From the NCBI RefSeq assembly GCF_001194135.2, contig NC_068987.1, positions 50,797,179 to 50,860,053 on the forward strand: a stretch of 62,875 nt of DNA, given 5' to 3'. Of this stretch, positions 39,054-52,288 are shown one piece after another. Under the pieces are notes generated by a model that searched no databases, was not told the origin of the DNA, and saw nothing but the letters and a program-made list of their open reading frames with translations. The position numbers and the translations under genes are program-made. Source of the stretch: Octopus bimaculoides (Eukaryota). The first letter of the stretch is position 1; each line of letters begins with the position of its first letter.

Positions 39054-39350
39054 AAGGCGGCGTGTGGGTAGACTTTTTACCACATCGGACAAAACGACTA
39101 GCGGCATTTCTTTCGACTGTTTATGCTCTTAGTTCAAATCCCATCAAGATCAACGGTGCCTTTCAGCCCCTCCGGGTCGATAAAATAAGGTATCAGTCAA
39201 GTAGTGGGATTGATATATTTGACTTGTTTCTTTCCCTCAAAATTGATGGCTTTGGACCTCGCGACGGACAGGCGCCCCATTGGCGTCTCGTACAGGGGTA
39301 TGATGTGACCTCAGTGACTTATACGCCATGGAAACCGGGTAACCGGCCAT
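39054..39350 (+). mobile_element. SINE family A copy followed by a V-domain-like fragment
   Basis: 39054-39255 matches family A. 39262-39350 (gcgacggac..tggcgtctcgtacagggg..gaaaccgggtaaccggcc) matches the 27460-27520 body. Confidence 0.7.
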
Positions 39351-39382
39351 ATGAATTCTAATATTACGTGATCATGTGATCA

Positions 39383-39655
39383 ACCTCACTATCAGATGTT
39401 GTTATACTTCATTGGATAAAATGTGCTTTGCATCGTTTTAGCTTTTGAATGATGCTACCCCCTGGCTAGCGAGCAGGCCAACATTCCCTCTGATCGGAAG
39501 GCTGGTTCGTTGCAGGGTTACCAGTTTGCAACTGAGTGGACTAGAGAATGAAGTGTTTTGCTCAAGAGCATAACGCTCAACCGGTCTGGGAATCGAAACA
39601 ATGATCTCACGATTGTGAGCACAACACGTCTAACCACTAAGCTACGTGCCTCATA
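39383..39655 (-). mobile_element. tRNA-headed SINE (head and body shared with the 41950 copy, different tail)
   Basis: Minus strand: gaggcacgtagcttagtggttag..gtttcgattccc..gctcttgagcaaaacacttc..agtccactcag, then cctgcaacgaaccagcc (V-like). Confidence 0.75.
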
Positions 39656-41659
39656 TGAATCCTAATATAGGAAACTAAAAATCAGAAAAGAGAAAAAGAA
39701 AGAATGACCTGTGAAAACACGTGTATCCCATAAATTCTCTACCCCCGTACAAATATATGCTTTAGGGCTTAAACAAAGAAGTGTATATAACATAATTGCC
39801 TGCGTATAGGTGGTTTAATAGTACAAGTAACAGCGTAAAACTCAGTCAATGAAATTCACAATGCTCCCACTTAATTTTAGCCAAACAATTTTAACGGTCG
39901 CAAGAGCTTATTAAATTAGTTTTGTCAAGTTCAACTTTATAATATCACGAGTTCTTTCGCTTTGCTTTATAGTTTACGATCTCTTGAATAGACAATATTC
40001 AAAAAATGAAACAGATCTTAATTTGATATAAAATTTACAACGGGTCTGAAGAGGCTGTCTTTCTCCATTGCAGTAGAAGCGGCAACAAAAACGTCAACTA
40101 TCCTGGGTTTTTATAGGAATCTGTTACAAAAATATGAAACGTGTTAACTAGATTTTAAGAGACTTGTGAGAGCTGTCAGAAAACATATCATGAGCAATTT
40201 ACTAAAGCATTTTTTTAATGTACTGGGAAGTAAGATAGTCAATATAATCAACCCAGTACATGATTGTTGTTAATTTTGTTTTGGATTCCAGAGGGAAGAA
40301 GTACACAACTGTGAGTGACAATGTGTAGGCAGTGATAGATATCTAATTAATAGGAAATAATAAGAGAAAATCAATACTGAAAAACGTTAATTTGGACATT
40401 TTACTTTTTCTGCTACTTTCTCTCCACGCCTTATTTATAACATTTTGAAAATGAGTTGTTGCAATAAAGTGAATATTCACCTACAATAATGAAACCATGA
40501 ACGGATTTTGATCACAAATAAAGCCATTTATTTGGAAAGTTATGAACGTTACAAACTCATAATTCCTTTTCAAGTATGGAACTACCTCTTTAGTTAGTTA
40601 AAATAAAATGATATTTCAGAAACGCTGGAGGGAATGTAGATTAGAAGTTGAATCAGCAATTGAATTGCAATTCCTAGTTGGAGTATTAATGCCATATAAT
40701 CTGAAATGAAAAAAGAGAAAAACACCTAAAAAACCTCATTCTAGGAAATAAAATAAAGCTATAGTCTCTATGTAATAAATAGTTTAAGATAATGATTTTT
40801 ATTAGAAAAATTAAATTCTTGTTTGAAATTGTTTATCACAAAAAATTAAACGTTCGTTTCTTAATTATTTTTCCATTGTTCCAAAAAATGTCGTTAATGT
40901 TTCGTTTTGTTTCTATTTTAATTAATACACCTGCCCTCTTTGTGTTGAAGCAAGTGCAAAAGAGAGCAATATAGAACTATACAGAGAGAGGAGTGAATAA
41001 ATTGATAGATAAATGATGGAAAATAGAGCGAGAGTTAAACTAAACATGGAAAGTGATTAACAAAAAAATTAATTGTTTCTTGAAAGATTCAGATTAGGGA
41101 GATTGTTCTGTTGTAGATTAAACTGATTAAAGTTAAATAATTGATTGGAATTATGAATTAGTCATTGCAATGTAGATTGAACATGTTTTAACGAACCTCC
41201 AAAACACTTTTTATTGGGAAACAGTTATTCATACTTTAGTCGTAATCTGTATGTTGTACAGCAGTCGAATGTATTTTGTAATTAGTCGTGATTTTGTAAA
41301 TAGTCGTGATGTGCACCCCTATGACCCCTCGTGGAAACCAGCTGAATGTGATCCCTTTTGAAGTCCGCGTAACCCATGTGGGATTGTTTTTACCATTGAA
41401 CACTAACTTTTGCAAAGCACTTTCAGTTGGAAATTGTTTATGTAGTTTTCTGCCTTAATCTCTTCCTATCCCGACTCTCCGTCTCATACATAATGTTTTA
41501 TCGGGGACTGGTTTACTTATCAATTTTAGAGTGCTGCTGTACTTTATATTGGCAAGTTATTTCTACTTTGGCCACAAATACGGAGCATTGCGACAAACTG
41601 CAGACCACTGCATGAAGTCTTCGTAGCATATACGCATCAAATAAACTAATACGCACACA

Positions 41660-41719
<60 letters not shown>

Positions 41720-41949
41720 ACCAGCAAAAATTATGTTGTGTGAGCCGATATCCATTCCAGATTGACACCGATCTTTTCTCATTTGTCTTATTGTGGAATT
41801 CGGGTAACTTTATGAGGAAATTGGCAATTTGTAGCCATGCGAATGTCAATGTCACACTTCATCATGATGCACTGTCCTGAATCTCTGTGTACAACTGATA
41901 TTTAGTTGAAGCTAATTTACTTTACATAGATTCTTAACCCTCTAACTGC

Positions 41950-42260
41950 TACTCCGTCGGTTACGACGACGAGGGTTACAGTCGATCCGACCAACGGAAT
42001 AGCATACTCGTGAAATTAACGTTCAAGTGGCTGAGTACTCAACAGACACGCAAACCTTTGATGCAGTTGTCAGGGAGATTATAGAATGTGACAAGGCAGG
42101 GCTTTTGTAATACAAATACTACTCATTATTACCAGCTCAGTGAACTGGAACAACGTGAAATAAAGTGTCTTACTCAAGAACATAACACATCGCCGGGAAT
42201 CGAAATGACGACCTCACGCTCGTGAGCTGAATAACGTAACCATTGGCTACGTCTCTTCAC
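41950..42260 (-). mobile_element. tRNA-headed SINE with the same RTE-like tail as the 35535 copy
   Basis: ctccgtcggttacgacgacgaggg..cgtgaaattaacg..aagtggctgag is shared with 35540-35625. The head and body (ttcttgagtaagacactttatttcacgttg) differ. Confidence 0.85.
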
Positions 42261-45182
42261 TTTAGAAGAAGATAAGACCGTACAGTAACATTGTCTTTTC
42301 CAGAAAGTATGTTGTCATTAATCATTTTTCACGATCGCTACTAAAATGGCCTCTTCTCCTCGAAGTTAGCTTGTCTCATACCGCCCTTGCTGTATTCACC
42401 CCATTAACTTTGCAATAATTACTATGCCCAGTCCTTTATTCACAGAATATTGGTCCTCTGGAATCCTCCCTCCCCACCTATTCACGTCTTTCCTGCATAT
42501 GTTGACTTGAGACAGTTTAATCAGAAGACCTGCAGACGTTATATTTGCTGCATATTCCTTCAAACTCGGAAAATAAAGAGCAAGCTCTGTTAAAAAGACT
42601 AACAATGTTCTTGCTGCATAAAACTTAAGGATTTAACCTCATTAAGTCAGACTTATTTTTCGGAAGTAGTGCACCATCGCTAGCCGTTATTCTTCTTTTA
42701 TCAATCTGTCACTTACGCTGACCCATGGCTTTTCTTGTTTTACACACATTTTACCAGAACCGACCAATTAAATATAATTTCTTTCTTTAACATCCAGTAT
42801 CAAAACCACGGTTAATACTTGTTTAAATTAAACAGTTTGACCGATTCACTGATGAAATAAAAGCTCTTTGAGTCTATTTCATATCAGCTAATATTGTTTG
42901 GTTACTTTGACTATTGAAAATCCACCAAAGAATAATTTCTAAAAGAACGCACGCACGTACGCACACAAACAAATTTAGATAGTAACACAGACATACACTC
43001 CTATACACACATCCGCCTTTACACATAAAGGCAACATAATCTCTTAATGATTAAGTTATTATGTTACAAAGGTACTCCAGCCGGAAATTTTGCTTTGTGA
43101 TGTCAAAGCAGACATAATGAGATCACTGCTTGGAAGTTTAAAGATTGTCCATAATTTATCGTACATCCACGATGATTAAACAAGCTTTGAGATCACTGAG
43201 AATGATCAAACTAGCAATGATGTCAGAAGTGAAAGTTGTCGATTTTCAGTTTCAGTAAGAATTGAATCAGATGAAATAGGTATCCATCAAAACTCAGTAA
43301 AAATACAAAGAATAAACTATAGTGAGAAGCAGCAGACATATAGTTGTTGGCAGATTTAATGATTCTTATATTGATAATGATAAAAGTTGATTGGAGCATG
43401 ATCTTCCTTTATAATCAGAAAGTTTTGGAAACTGAGTTTTGATAACATAACTAGTAATGAAGAAATGTAATTTTTCGAATGCAAACGTCCATTCATATAT
43501 TTAGACAGAACAGCTACAACCTAGCACTGTATCAAAGATGAAATTATAGTGAAATGACATTGTAATAAAGAGAGGTAGTAGCGAAGGAACAAATGGGAAC
43601 GAAACTAAGTTAAAATAAAACTGAAATAGAGTCAGTTCACAGCCGCGTGCTTAGGTGTGTGTTTAAGAAGTTAGCTTTGCAAACACAATATTTTGTCTTC
43701 GAACCAAGTGTATAGCATACCAGGCAGGCAGGCAGGCAAATCACCTTTGATATATCCTTAAGTGGATAAATGCTTCCTCCGCAAATCTACGGAAATTTCT
43801 AAATTCTAATGACAAAAACAACTTATAATTCTCGCTGGTGAGAACAAAGCTTCAACAGCTTCTAAAATGGAAGGATAAATCTGAAGGATTGCTTAGGAAC
43901 AATAGTAGCACGTTTGCCATATTTACAGAATATGTGGCTTAAATGCAACGAGCAAGCTTCAATTTTTTGCATTCTAAGGATGTGGGTGGGAGGCTCTGGG
44001 TTGAGATAGTGCGTATGGTGTCTAGTACGTTACTCCCTACTTCGTAGAGTTGGCGAGCATCGCTATTTCTCACTTTTCCTCTAAATCCCTAAATCCTCTG
44101 AGCACATCTGAAGAAGGTTTTTAATTCAATGTTTACACCTATAATTTATAGTTTTAGCCACTTCGTGTTGTATCATTGAAAAATAGAAAAAAACAAAAAC
44201 TCTCTCCATTCGTCTTTCTTTATTGACAATGGCATCACGTCTCCTAATCTGGGATTCATTGAAGGTCTACATTCAAATAATTGAGCACAAATACACACAC
44301 GCACATACACACCCACTACACCTACCTACGGAATTCCAGCTCAAAATTTCCTTTTCGTTTTAAATTTTACTTTGACATACAAGGACAAGCTTCCGTTTAA
44401 GCATGATCCTGGGTTGACACATCATAAATATGTTTGTGCATGTATAGAACGCCTTTAATTTAGAAAGCCTGCAACTAGAAACAACGAAACCATTCTTTGA
44501 TAAATGACTAACACATCAATCAACGTATAATAATGAGCTTTTCACCAATTAATGACTACTTTGCTATTAAGACATTGCCTGAAACTACCACGAAAATGTA
44601 ATTGAGACTTGTTCCAGATGCTTCTGTTTGTCACTACACTCGTACATGTAGTACTTTGTTGCTCACTGTGTGTGAGCATGAAATTAAAACCTGCTTAACT
44701 CATTCATTTTGATTTTGGTTGCAACCAAACGAATAAACTTTAAATAATGTGACAAGAACAAGTGACTCTATTGAAGCTGCTCCTTCATCATATTATTGAA
44801 TGCAGCTAAAATTCCGAGCGAGGAAAAAATTTGGAATTAATTGTATTTTTATCAGCTTGTCGTAGAAAGAAGCGGCGGGAACACACTCCTGATATTTGCA
44901 GACGTTCCTTGTGGGTTACATCGATGGAGCAAATGTTCATGTCCAACACTGACTGTTGACAGTGACAGAAAAACATGGTTTAAGAGCGAATTCGAAATGA
45001 TTCTTCTTGTTTTGTTCATGTCCAGTCTAGGTGAGGAAAAACCTTGATTGATAACATTCTATTAATATCCCGCAATTTTGCACAACAGGATCATGATAGC
45101 CTCCGTAGTTATTAAGATGATAGGAGGTAATTTAAAAGAGATTTAGTTGCTATTTTTAGCAGGCCAAATTATCGCCCAGAGC

Positions 45183-45260
45183 CTTCTTCTTCTTCTTCTT
45201 CTTCTTCTTCTTCTTCTTCTTCTTCTTCTTCTTCTTCTTCTTCTTCTTCTAGAGAGAAAG

Positions 45261-45348
<88 letters not shown>
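45183..45348. repeat. (CTT)n immediately followed by (AG)n
   Basis: Direct reading. Confidence 0.95.
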
Positions 45349-45350
<2 letters not shown>

Positions 45351-46191
45351 TATATTAAGTTTTATCGTCTTGGTCGTAATACATAAGTTTATTGTGTCCT
45401 CTTATGAAATAATGGCGATAAAATTGAATCATCCCTATCCACATGAAAGGGTAAATAAGCATAACGAGCTATGAATTCTCTCACAGCTGCAACTATATTA
45501 TTGAATACGTAATGCACTATTATGTCGTCTGATGTTTGCATACGTGATGTACTATTCTATCATCTGACGTTCCAGATGTCTTGGTTCTGGAGGCAACATA
45601 TTAACAATGAACATCTAGGAAACTTGTAACCAAAGAACTAGTTGCTCGGGTTAATATCAACTAGGTCATACGAGGTTATACTAAATGAGCAAGAGGAGAT
45701 GGTATGCCAGGGTATCTAATAAGTTTCAACAAACCAAGGTCACTATCTTTCTATATTATAAACAAAGCAGTGAGCCAAAACAATAACTTTGAAATGATTA
45801 AAATGAAAAACCAAGCCAAAAATAGGCTTTATTCCACCCTGCATTGCATTCGGTATTGAACACATGTTAGTAGTTGCACAGTCTCATCAAATTTATACTT
45901 TTATGAAACTCGAGTACTAGGTTATCCATTCTAGGTTGTCCATTTATCCGGCGTTCTTCCAAGAGGTAAGACAAAAATCTTTTAGGTTCGCCGCCTGCAC
46001 ACATCTTTGCCTGTATACATTAAGTGAAGCTTGACTTAACGTCGTACGGTTATCGACTGATATTTCCAGCAAACATCGGTGCTTTGTTGTGCCTCTATGT
46101 CCTATTTATAATTCTACCTTTACGGTGCTTTATTTAGATGGAAAATACTATAGTATTCCAGTATTAGTTATAATTTATGTGTGTGTGTGCG

Positions 46192-46258
<67 letters not shown>

Positions 46259-47247
46259 CATACATACGCATATATATATATATGTATATATATATATNNN
46301 NNNNNNNNNNNNNNNNNNNNNNNNNNNNNNNNNNNNNNNNNNNNNNNNNNNNNNNNNNNNNNNNNNNNNNNNNNNNNNNNNNNNNNNNNNNNNNNNNNNN
46401 NNNNNNNNNNNNNNNNNNNNNNNNNNNNNNNNNNNNNNNNNNNNNNNNNNNNNNNNNNNNNNNNNNNNNNNNNNNNNNNNNNNNNNNNNNNNNNNNNNNN
46501 NNNNNNNNNNNNNNNNNNNNNNNNNNNNNNNNNNNNNNNNNNNNNNNNNNNNNNNNNNNNNNNNNNNNNNNNNNNNNNNNNNNNNNNNNNNNNNNNNNNN
46601 NNNNNNNNNNNNNNNNNNNNNNNNNNNNNNNNNNNNNNNNNNNNNNNNNNNNNNNNNNNNNNNNNNNNNNNNNNNNNNNNNNNNNNNNNNNNNNNNNNNN
46701 NNNNNNNNNNNNNNNNNNNNNNNNNNNNNNNNNNNNNNNNNNNNNNNNNNNNNNNNNNNNNNNNNNNNNNNNNNNNNNNNNNNNNNNNNNNNNNNNNNNN
46801 NNNNNNNNNNNNNNNNNNNNNNNNNNNNNNNNNNNNNNNNNNNNNNNNNNNNNNNNNNNNNNNNNNNNNNNNNNNNNNNNNNNNNNNNNNNNNNNNNNNN
46901 NNNNNNNNNNNNNNNNNNNNNNNNNNNNNNNNNNNNNNNNNNNNNNNNNNNNNNNNNNNNNNNNNNNNNNNNNNNNNNNNNNNNNNNNNNNNNNNNNNNN
47001 NNNNNNNNNNNNNNNNNNNNNNNNNNNNNNNNNNNNNNNNNNNNNNNNNNNNNNNNNNNNNNNNNNNNNNNNNNNNNNNNNNNNNNNNNNNNNNNNNNNN
47101 NNNNNNNNNNNNNNNNNNNNNNNNNNNNNNNNNNNNNNNNNNNNNNNNNNNNNNNNNNNNNNNNNNNNNNNNNNNNNNNNNNNNNNNNNNNNNNNNNNNN
47201 NNNNNNNNNNNNNNNNNNNNNNNNNNNNNNNNNNNNNNNNNNNNNNN

Positions 47248-47286
<39 letters not shown>

Positions 47287-49630
47287 CATACATATATAAA
47301 TACACTTTGGTTAGTCTTATGTTTTCTTAGGAGACAAATATTATTAGGAAGAGAAAATGAAAACATAGATGGCGTTATTTGAAAGGCTTATGAAGCCATT
47401 TATTTAAATTTCAATTTAAACCTGTGTATAAATAGTAAATGTTAATTAGCCTTTCATAACTCCACTGAAATATAGATCAATAGGCGTGATATATACATCA
47501 AAGCGATATTCAATAGTCTATAGATCGTTTATTTGCAAGTTCTTACCCGTTAGTTAATGGTAAATATTAGTTGCCTTTATGGTTATATCATTACAAATAT
47601 TATACAACGCGATATAATGTAACTGTGTAGTCTATTAAGTGAATAGAAGAGAATTTCACAAGATATTCTGATCTGTTGGAAAATTAAGAAAAGAAAATAT
47701 AATTTGTCGTTATAAAGTAATAAAATTCCATTAAACATTAACAAATACTTCACACTATTAAGAAATGTGGCTTCGTTCTTTTTCCATTATTCTTATAGAC
47801 AGAATAGTTTTATATACTTTCAGAAATGTTACAAAATTTTCTTTTCCTTTAAGCTTTATTTAGGCAAATGCTTTTATAATGTTTGAATTCGGCTGAAATA
47901 TTTCTAGCTTAGTTAACAATAAGTCACAATCGTCTTTGTGAGCTTATATAATTTTGCTTTAGTTTATCTGGTAAGTTTCTGATGTATTAAGACAGTATAT
48001 TTACTTAAATTTTGATACAACTGTCTGAGATTTATGTTCTTAATGATGGTAAGAGCATGAATTTCACGGTATCGGTTCACGTTTCTTATGCTGATAGTGA
48101 TATAAGCTAAGAGTCAACAGTGATTTCTTTAAAGCACAAAATGTTTGCAGGAAAAATCTCATATTCGATTATATTACTTTTCAGTATTCGATTTTATCGA
48201 CTTCGGAGTGACAAAAGCTGAAGACGAAGTCATGAAAATGTCTACCAGAATTCTAATGGAGTTTGGTGCCTCGCTGTTTTAATCTTCTGAATCAAAATTG
48301 AGATATTGTATTATAGTTGAAATGAAGTAGCAATAGAAGTTGATATTCATTTATTTTATATCCAAGTGGAAATAAAATTAACTTGTTATTTGTGAAACGC
48401 TATTGATTTGATTAAAAAAAATACTTCAAACCTGGCCTCTCGATCAAATTAGCTGCAAATTGAAAGGTTGTGTGAGTAGGAACTCAATGTAGATTTTTCT
48501 GTGAGAGTGCTGCTTACAGAACCAACATGGAGGAAAGGAGATATTGCATAATTACTAAATATGTTTTCAGCAAGGGTCCAAAAGAATAAGCTTCCAGCGT
48601 GTGGGTTGTGTAACATCCTTCATTGTTAAGATGATGGTCTTACAAAAATTTCGATACGAGGTAAATGCCATCAAGTTTGTAGAGACGTGTGGTTTGAGAG
48701 TTGAGTGAAACAGACATTATAAATAACCGTTCTTACTGTGAACCGTAACAGTGTAACTATGTATGAATCACTGGAATACTTGGGTCTGTGTTTTAAAGAG
48801 GACTGACAATTGTTTCAGACACTCACCCAGCTAATTTTCATAGTCCAAGAGTGAAACTTATGAACTTGTCAGCGACAGCTAGCATGGAACTGGGGATTGT
48901 TGTCCACTTCATGTAGAATAAGGCAGAGGCTAAGACATTCTTGGGTCATCAGGCACCAGCGGAATGAATGCCGTTAAAATTTCAGACAGTATCCAGGGTG
49001 CCGACGATTTAGAGGAATGTAGGATTGGGTGTTATAGCTATTGCAGTATAATAGGAGGGAGAAGAACTGGACACGACATGAGTCGTAACGAAATATTCTT
49101 CAGCCAAAGACAATACTCAGTTCACTAGCTGCAGGGAGTTGAACTTTGCTACAACTACAGATTTATGCAACTAAATAAATCGCTCCATTTCAAGATAAGA
49201 TTATTTGCTTTAGGCACACCACCTCGATAATGCAGTGCCAGGCATGGCTATATAATCAGTCTGTACATTGGAATAATTTTACATTCATTTATTGATTCTT
49301 GGATATTTATCATTAGTAGTCAACTGTTGTGTAATTAAATAGCACGTAGAATTCGATATATTCCATTGCCTTCAGATCTCAGCTTTCTAACGTCTTTGGT
49401 TCTTACACTTCCTCAGAAAGGAAAGAATGAAGACGATGAATAGCTGGTCGCTTCAATCACTCAGTCCTTTTAAACATTAAAATCTTTAGAAAATTACTAT
49501 TTTAAAATCTCACAATGCGAGATATTCAGCAACAGTACTTTGGAGTAAAAATTGTTTGCCAACATAACAAAGCAGTCCTGGTTTAGGACGAATGTTCCTG
49601 TAATTTAACCCCAGGAGAAGTTTCTCCAAG

Positions 49631-49674
49631 ACACCTGAAAAAGGCTGCGGGATATATCAACCGAAATGTTGTGT
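49631..49674 (+). ncRNA. Degenerate hammerhead-like motif in a SINE 3' module
   Basis: ACAC-CTGAAAA-a-GGCTG-cgggatatat-CAACC-GAAA-TG-TT-GTGT. Stem I 4 bp, stem II 4 of 5 pairs. The sister copy at 50102 retains CTGATGA. Confidence 0.45.
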
Positions 49675-49952
49675 TAGCAACAAGCAAGATAAGGACAAAT
49701 ATCCGTCAAATGCAAATAATGTAAATAATGGACAGGATCTGTGTCCTTATATTTTCGAACAAGGGAATCTAGTACCCTTGTTCGAAAATATAAGAACACA
49801 GATCGTGTCGTATAGCCAGCTGGAGACGATGTCTCCTGGGGTTAAATTACAGCAACATTCGTCCTAATCCAGAACCATATGGGAACCGGTATTAAGGGAG
49901 GATAGTAAAATATTAGATTTATAAGCCCTAAAATTCATTCCATAATTGCCCA

Positions 49953-50182
49953 CAGGCATATGGCATAGTGGTTAAGAGCACGGGCTACTAACCCCAAGAT
50001 TCCGAGTTCGATTCTAGGCAGTGACCTGAATAATAATGATTCTATGTACTGACCTGAATAATAATAATAGGAATGAGAACCCAGGTTCGAAATTTCCCCA
50101 AGACATCTGATGAAGACAGAAGGGTATATCCATCAAATGTAAATAATGTACATAATTCCTCATCTCTTAAATATAGAACTGT
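49953..50182 (+). mobile_element. tRNA-headed SINE carrying a truncated hammerhead-like module
   Basis: A box tggcatagtgg, B box gagttcgattc, then (taa)n, aatttccccaagacatCTGATGAagacagaagggtatatc, and a tail tcaaatgtaaataatgta shared with 49706-49730. Confidence 0.8.
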
Positions 50183-50191
50183 ACAGATCGT

Positions 50192-50365
50192 GTCTCCTAG
50201 GGCTAAATTACAGCAGCATGTCTCCTAGAGCTACGACTTCTCTTAGGGATAAATTACAGCAGCACGTCTCCTAGGGCTATGACGTCTCTTAGGGCTACGA
50301 CGTCTCTTAGGGCTACGACGTCTCTTAGGGCTACGACGTCTCTTAGGGCTAAATTACAGCAGCAT
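50192..50365 (+). repeat. Eight copies of gtctc(c/t)tagggcta with two linker types (28-bp L and 18-bp S units)
   Basis: Order L S L S S S S L, read directly from the sequence. Confidence 0.9.
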
Positions 50366-52288
50366 TCGTCCTAAACCAGGACTGCCATGTTATGTTGGCA
50401 AACAATCTTTACTCCATTAAAATTTTTATTCTAGCTGGCAAATAAACTTGGTGAATTCCTTTGCAACTCTTCTTTACACTGATTTCTACCGATGCTGTCC
50501 GCCTATATTTTTTTCTGATTTCTGATATTGCTGTAACAAGGATAATATTATCAACCTATTTGTTTAACGACTGCCAAATACAAATGTTAAATACACACAC
50601 ATACACACGCGCACGTTCGCATACACACACGCATGCACAAATGCGCGCACGCACACAAACACACACACACACACATCTAATTGTAAATTCAAAATCAGAT
50701 GAAATGTCTGATATTCAGTACAACCCTAGTTTATCAAATCTTGTTTATTAGTAAAACATTTTGATGGAAACATTGATCAGAATTCTTGATTATATTATCT
50801 TTAACTGTAGTTCCCTCCTCATTCAGGACAAACATATGCATATAATCACCACAGTTAAATACGCATACATACACATACAAACATAGACAGACACACGGAG
50901 CAAATAACAGAAAGTGGACAGATTAAAAAGACAAATTAGTTATTTTATTCAATTATTTTAGAATGGTTTAAATACACTAATAAACCGAAATGCGTACGAT
51001 CTTAATCGAATTTATATTAGCAGTTATATGGAAGAGAAGAATACAATTGTACATGTGTATCTATGCAAACATACACAAACAGGGCAGGTAAATGTGATTG
51101 ATTCATATATGAAAATATATGTGGGGATGGGCGCAAGTATATATATATATATATATATNNNNNNNNNNNNNNNNNNNNNNNNNNNNNNNNNNNNNNNNNN
51201 NNNNNNNNNNNNNNNNNNNNNNNNNNNNNNNNNNNNNNNNNNNNNNNNNNNNNNNNNNNNNNNNNNNNNNNNNNNNNNNNNNNNNNNNNNNNNNNNNNNN
51301 NNNNNNNNNNNNNNNNNNNNNNNNNNNNNNNNNNNNNNNNNNNNNNNNNNNNNNNNNNNNNNNNNNNNNNNNNNNNNNNNNNNNNNNNNNNNNNNNNNNN
51401 NNNNNNNNNNNNNNNNNNNNNNNNNNNNNNNNNNNNNNNNNNNNNNNNNNNNNNNNNNNNNNNNNNNNNNNNNNNNNNNNNNNNNNNNNNNNNNNNNNNN
51501 NNNNNNNNNNNNNNNNNNNNNNNNNNNNNNNNNNNNNNNNNNNNNNNNNNNNNNNNNNNNNNNNNNNNNNNNNNNNNNNNNNNNNNNNNNNNNNNNNNNN
51601 NNNNNNNNNNNNNNNNNNNNNNNNNNNNNNNNNNNNNNNNNNNNNNNNNNNNNNNNNNNNNNNNNNNNNNNNNNNNNNNNNNNNNNNNNNNNNNNNNNNN
51701 NNNNNNNNNNNNNNNNNNNNNNNNNNNNNNNNNNNNNNNNNNNNNNNNNNNNNNNNNNNNNNNNNNNNNNNNNNNNNNNNNNNNNNNNNNNNNNNNNNNN
51801 NNNNNNNNNNNNNNNNNNNNNNNNNNNNNNNNNNNNNNNNNNNNNNNNNNNNNNNNNNNNNNNNNNNNNNNNNNNNNNNNNNNNNNNNNNNNNNNNNNNN
51901 NNNNNNNNNNNNNNNNNNNNNNNNNNNNNNNNNNNNNNNNNNNNNNNNNNNNNNNNNNNNNNNNNNNNNNNNNNNNNNNNNNNNNNNNNNNNNNNNNNNN
52001 NNNNNNNNNNNNNNNNNNNNNNNNNNNNNNNNNNNNNNNNNNNNNNNNNNNNNNNNNNNNNNNNNNNNNNNNNNNNNNNNNNNNNNNNNNNNNNNNNNNN
52101 NNNNNNNNNNNNNNNNNNNNNNNNNNNNNNNNNNNNATATATATATATATATATATATACATACATACATACATATAAAATATATATAAATATATATTAT
52201 GAGTGTGTGTGTCTGTATGTGTGTGTATGTGTGTTTGCAATATCCACAGCTAGACAGACAGATGCATGCACATACGTATGTATGCTTT

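Larger units (their letters stand above)
49541..50416. mobile_element. Composite element bounded by 78-bp terminal inverted repeats
   Basis: 49541-49618 is the near-perfect reverse complement of 50339-50416. It encloses a 30-bp-arm hairpin (49736-49804), SINE pieces and an expanded array. Confidence 0.85.

Noticed and set aside
48600-49000. Possible minus-strand LINE RT C-terminal remnant (..YKLDGIYLVSKFL..)
   Set aside because: Too degenerate to support without a profile search.
50192-50365. Constant motif with variable linkers as a CRISPR-like array
   Set aside because: Only two recurring linkers (4 and 14 nt), both derived from the parent element.
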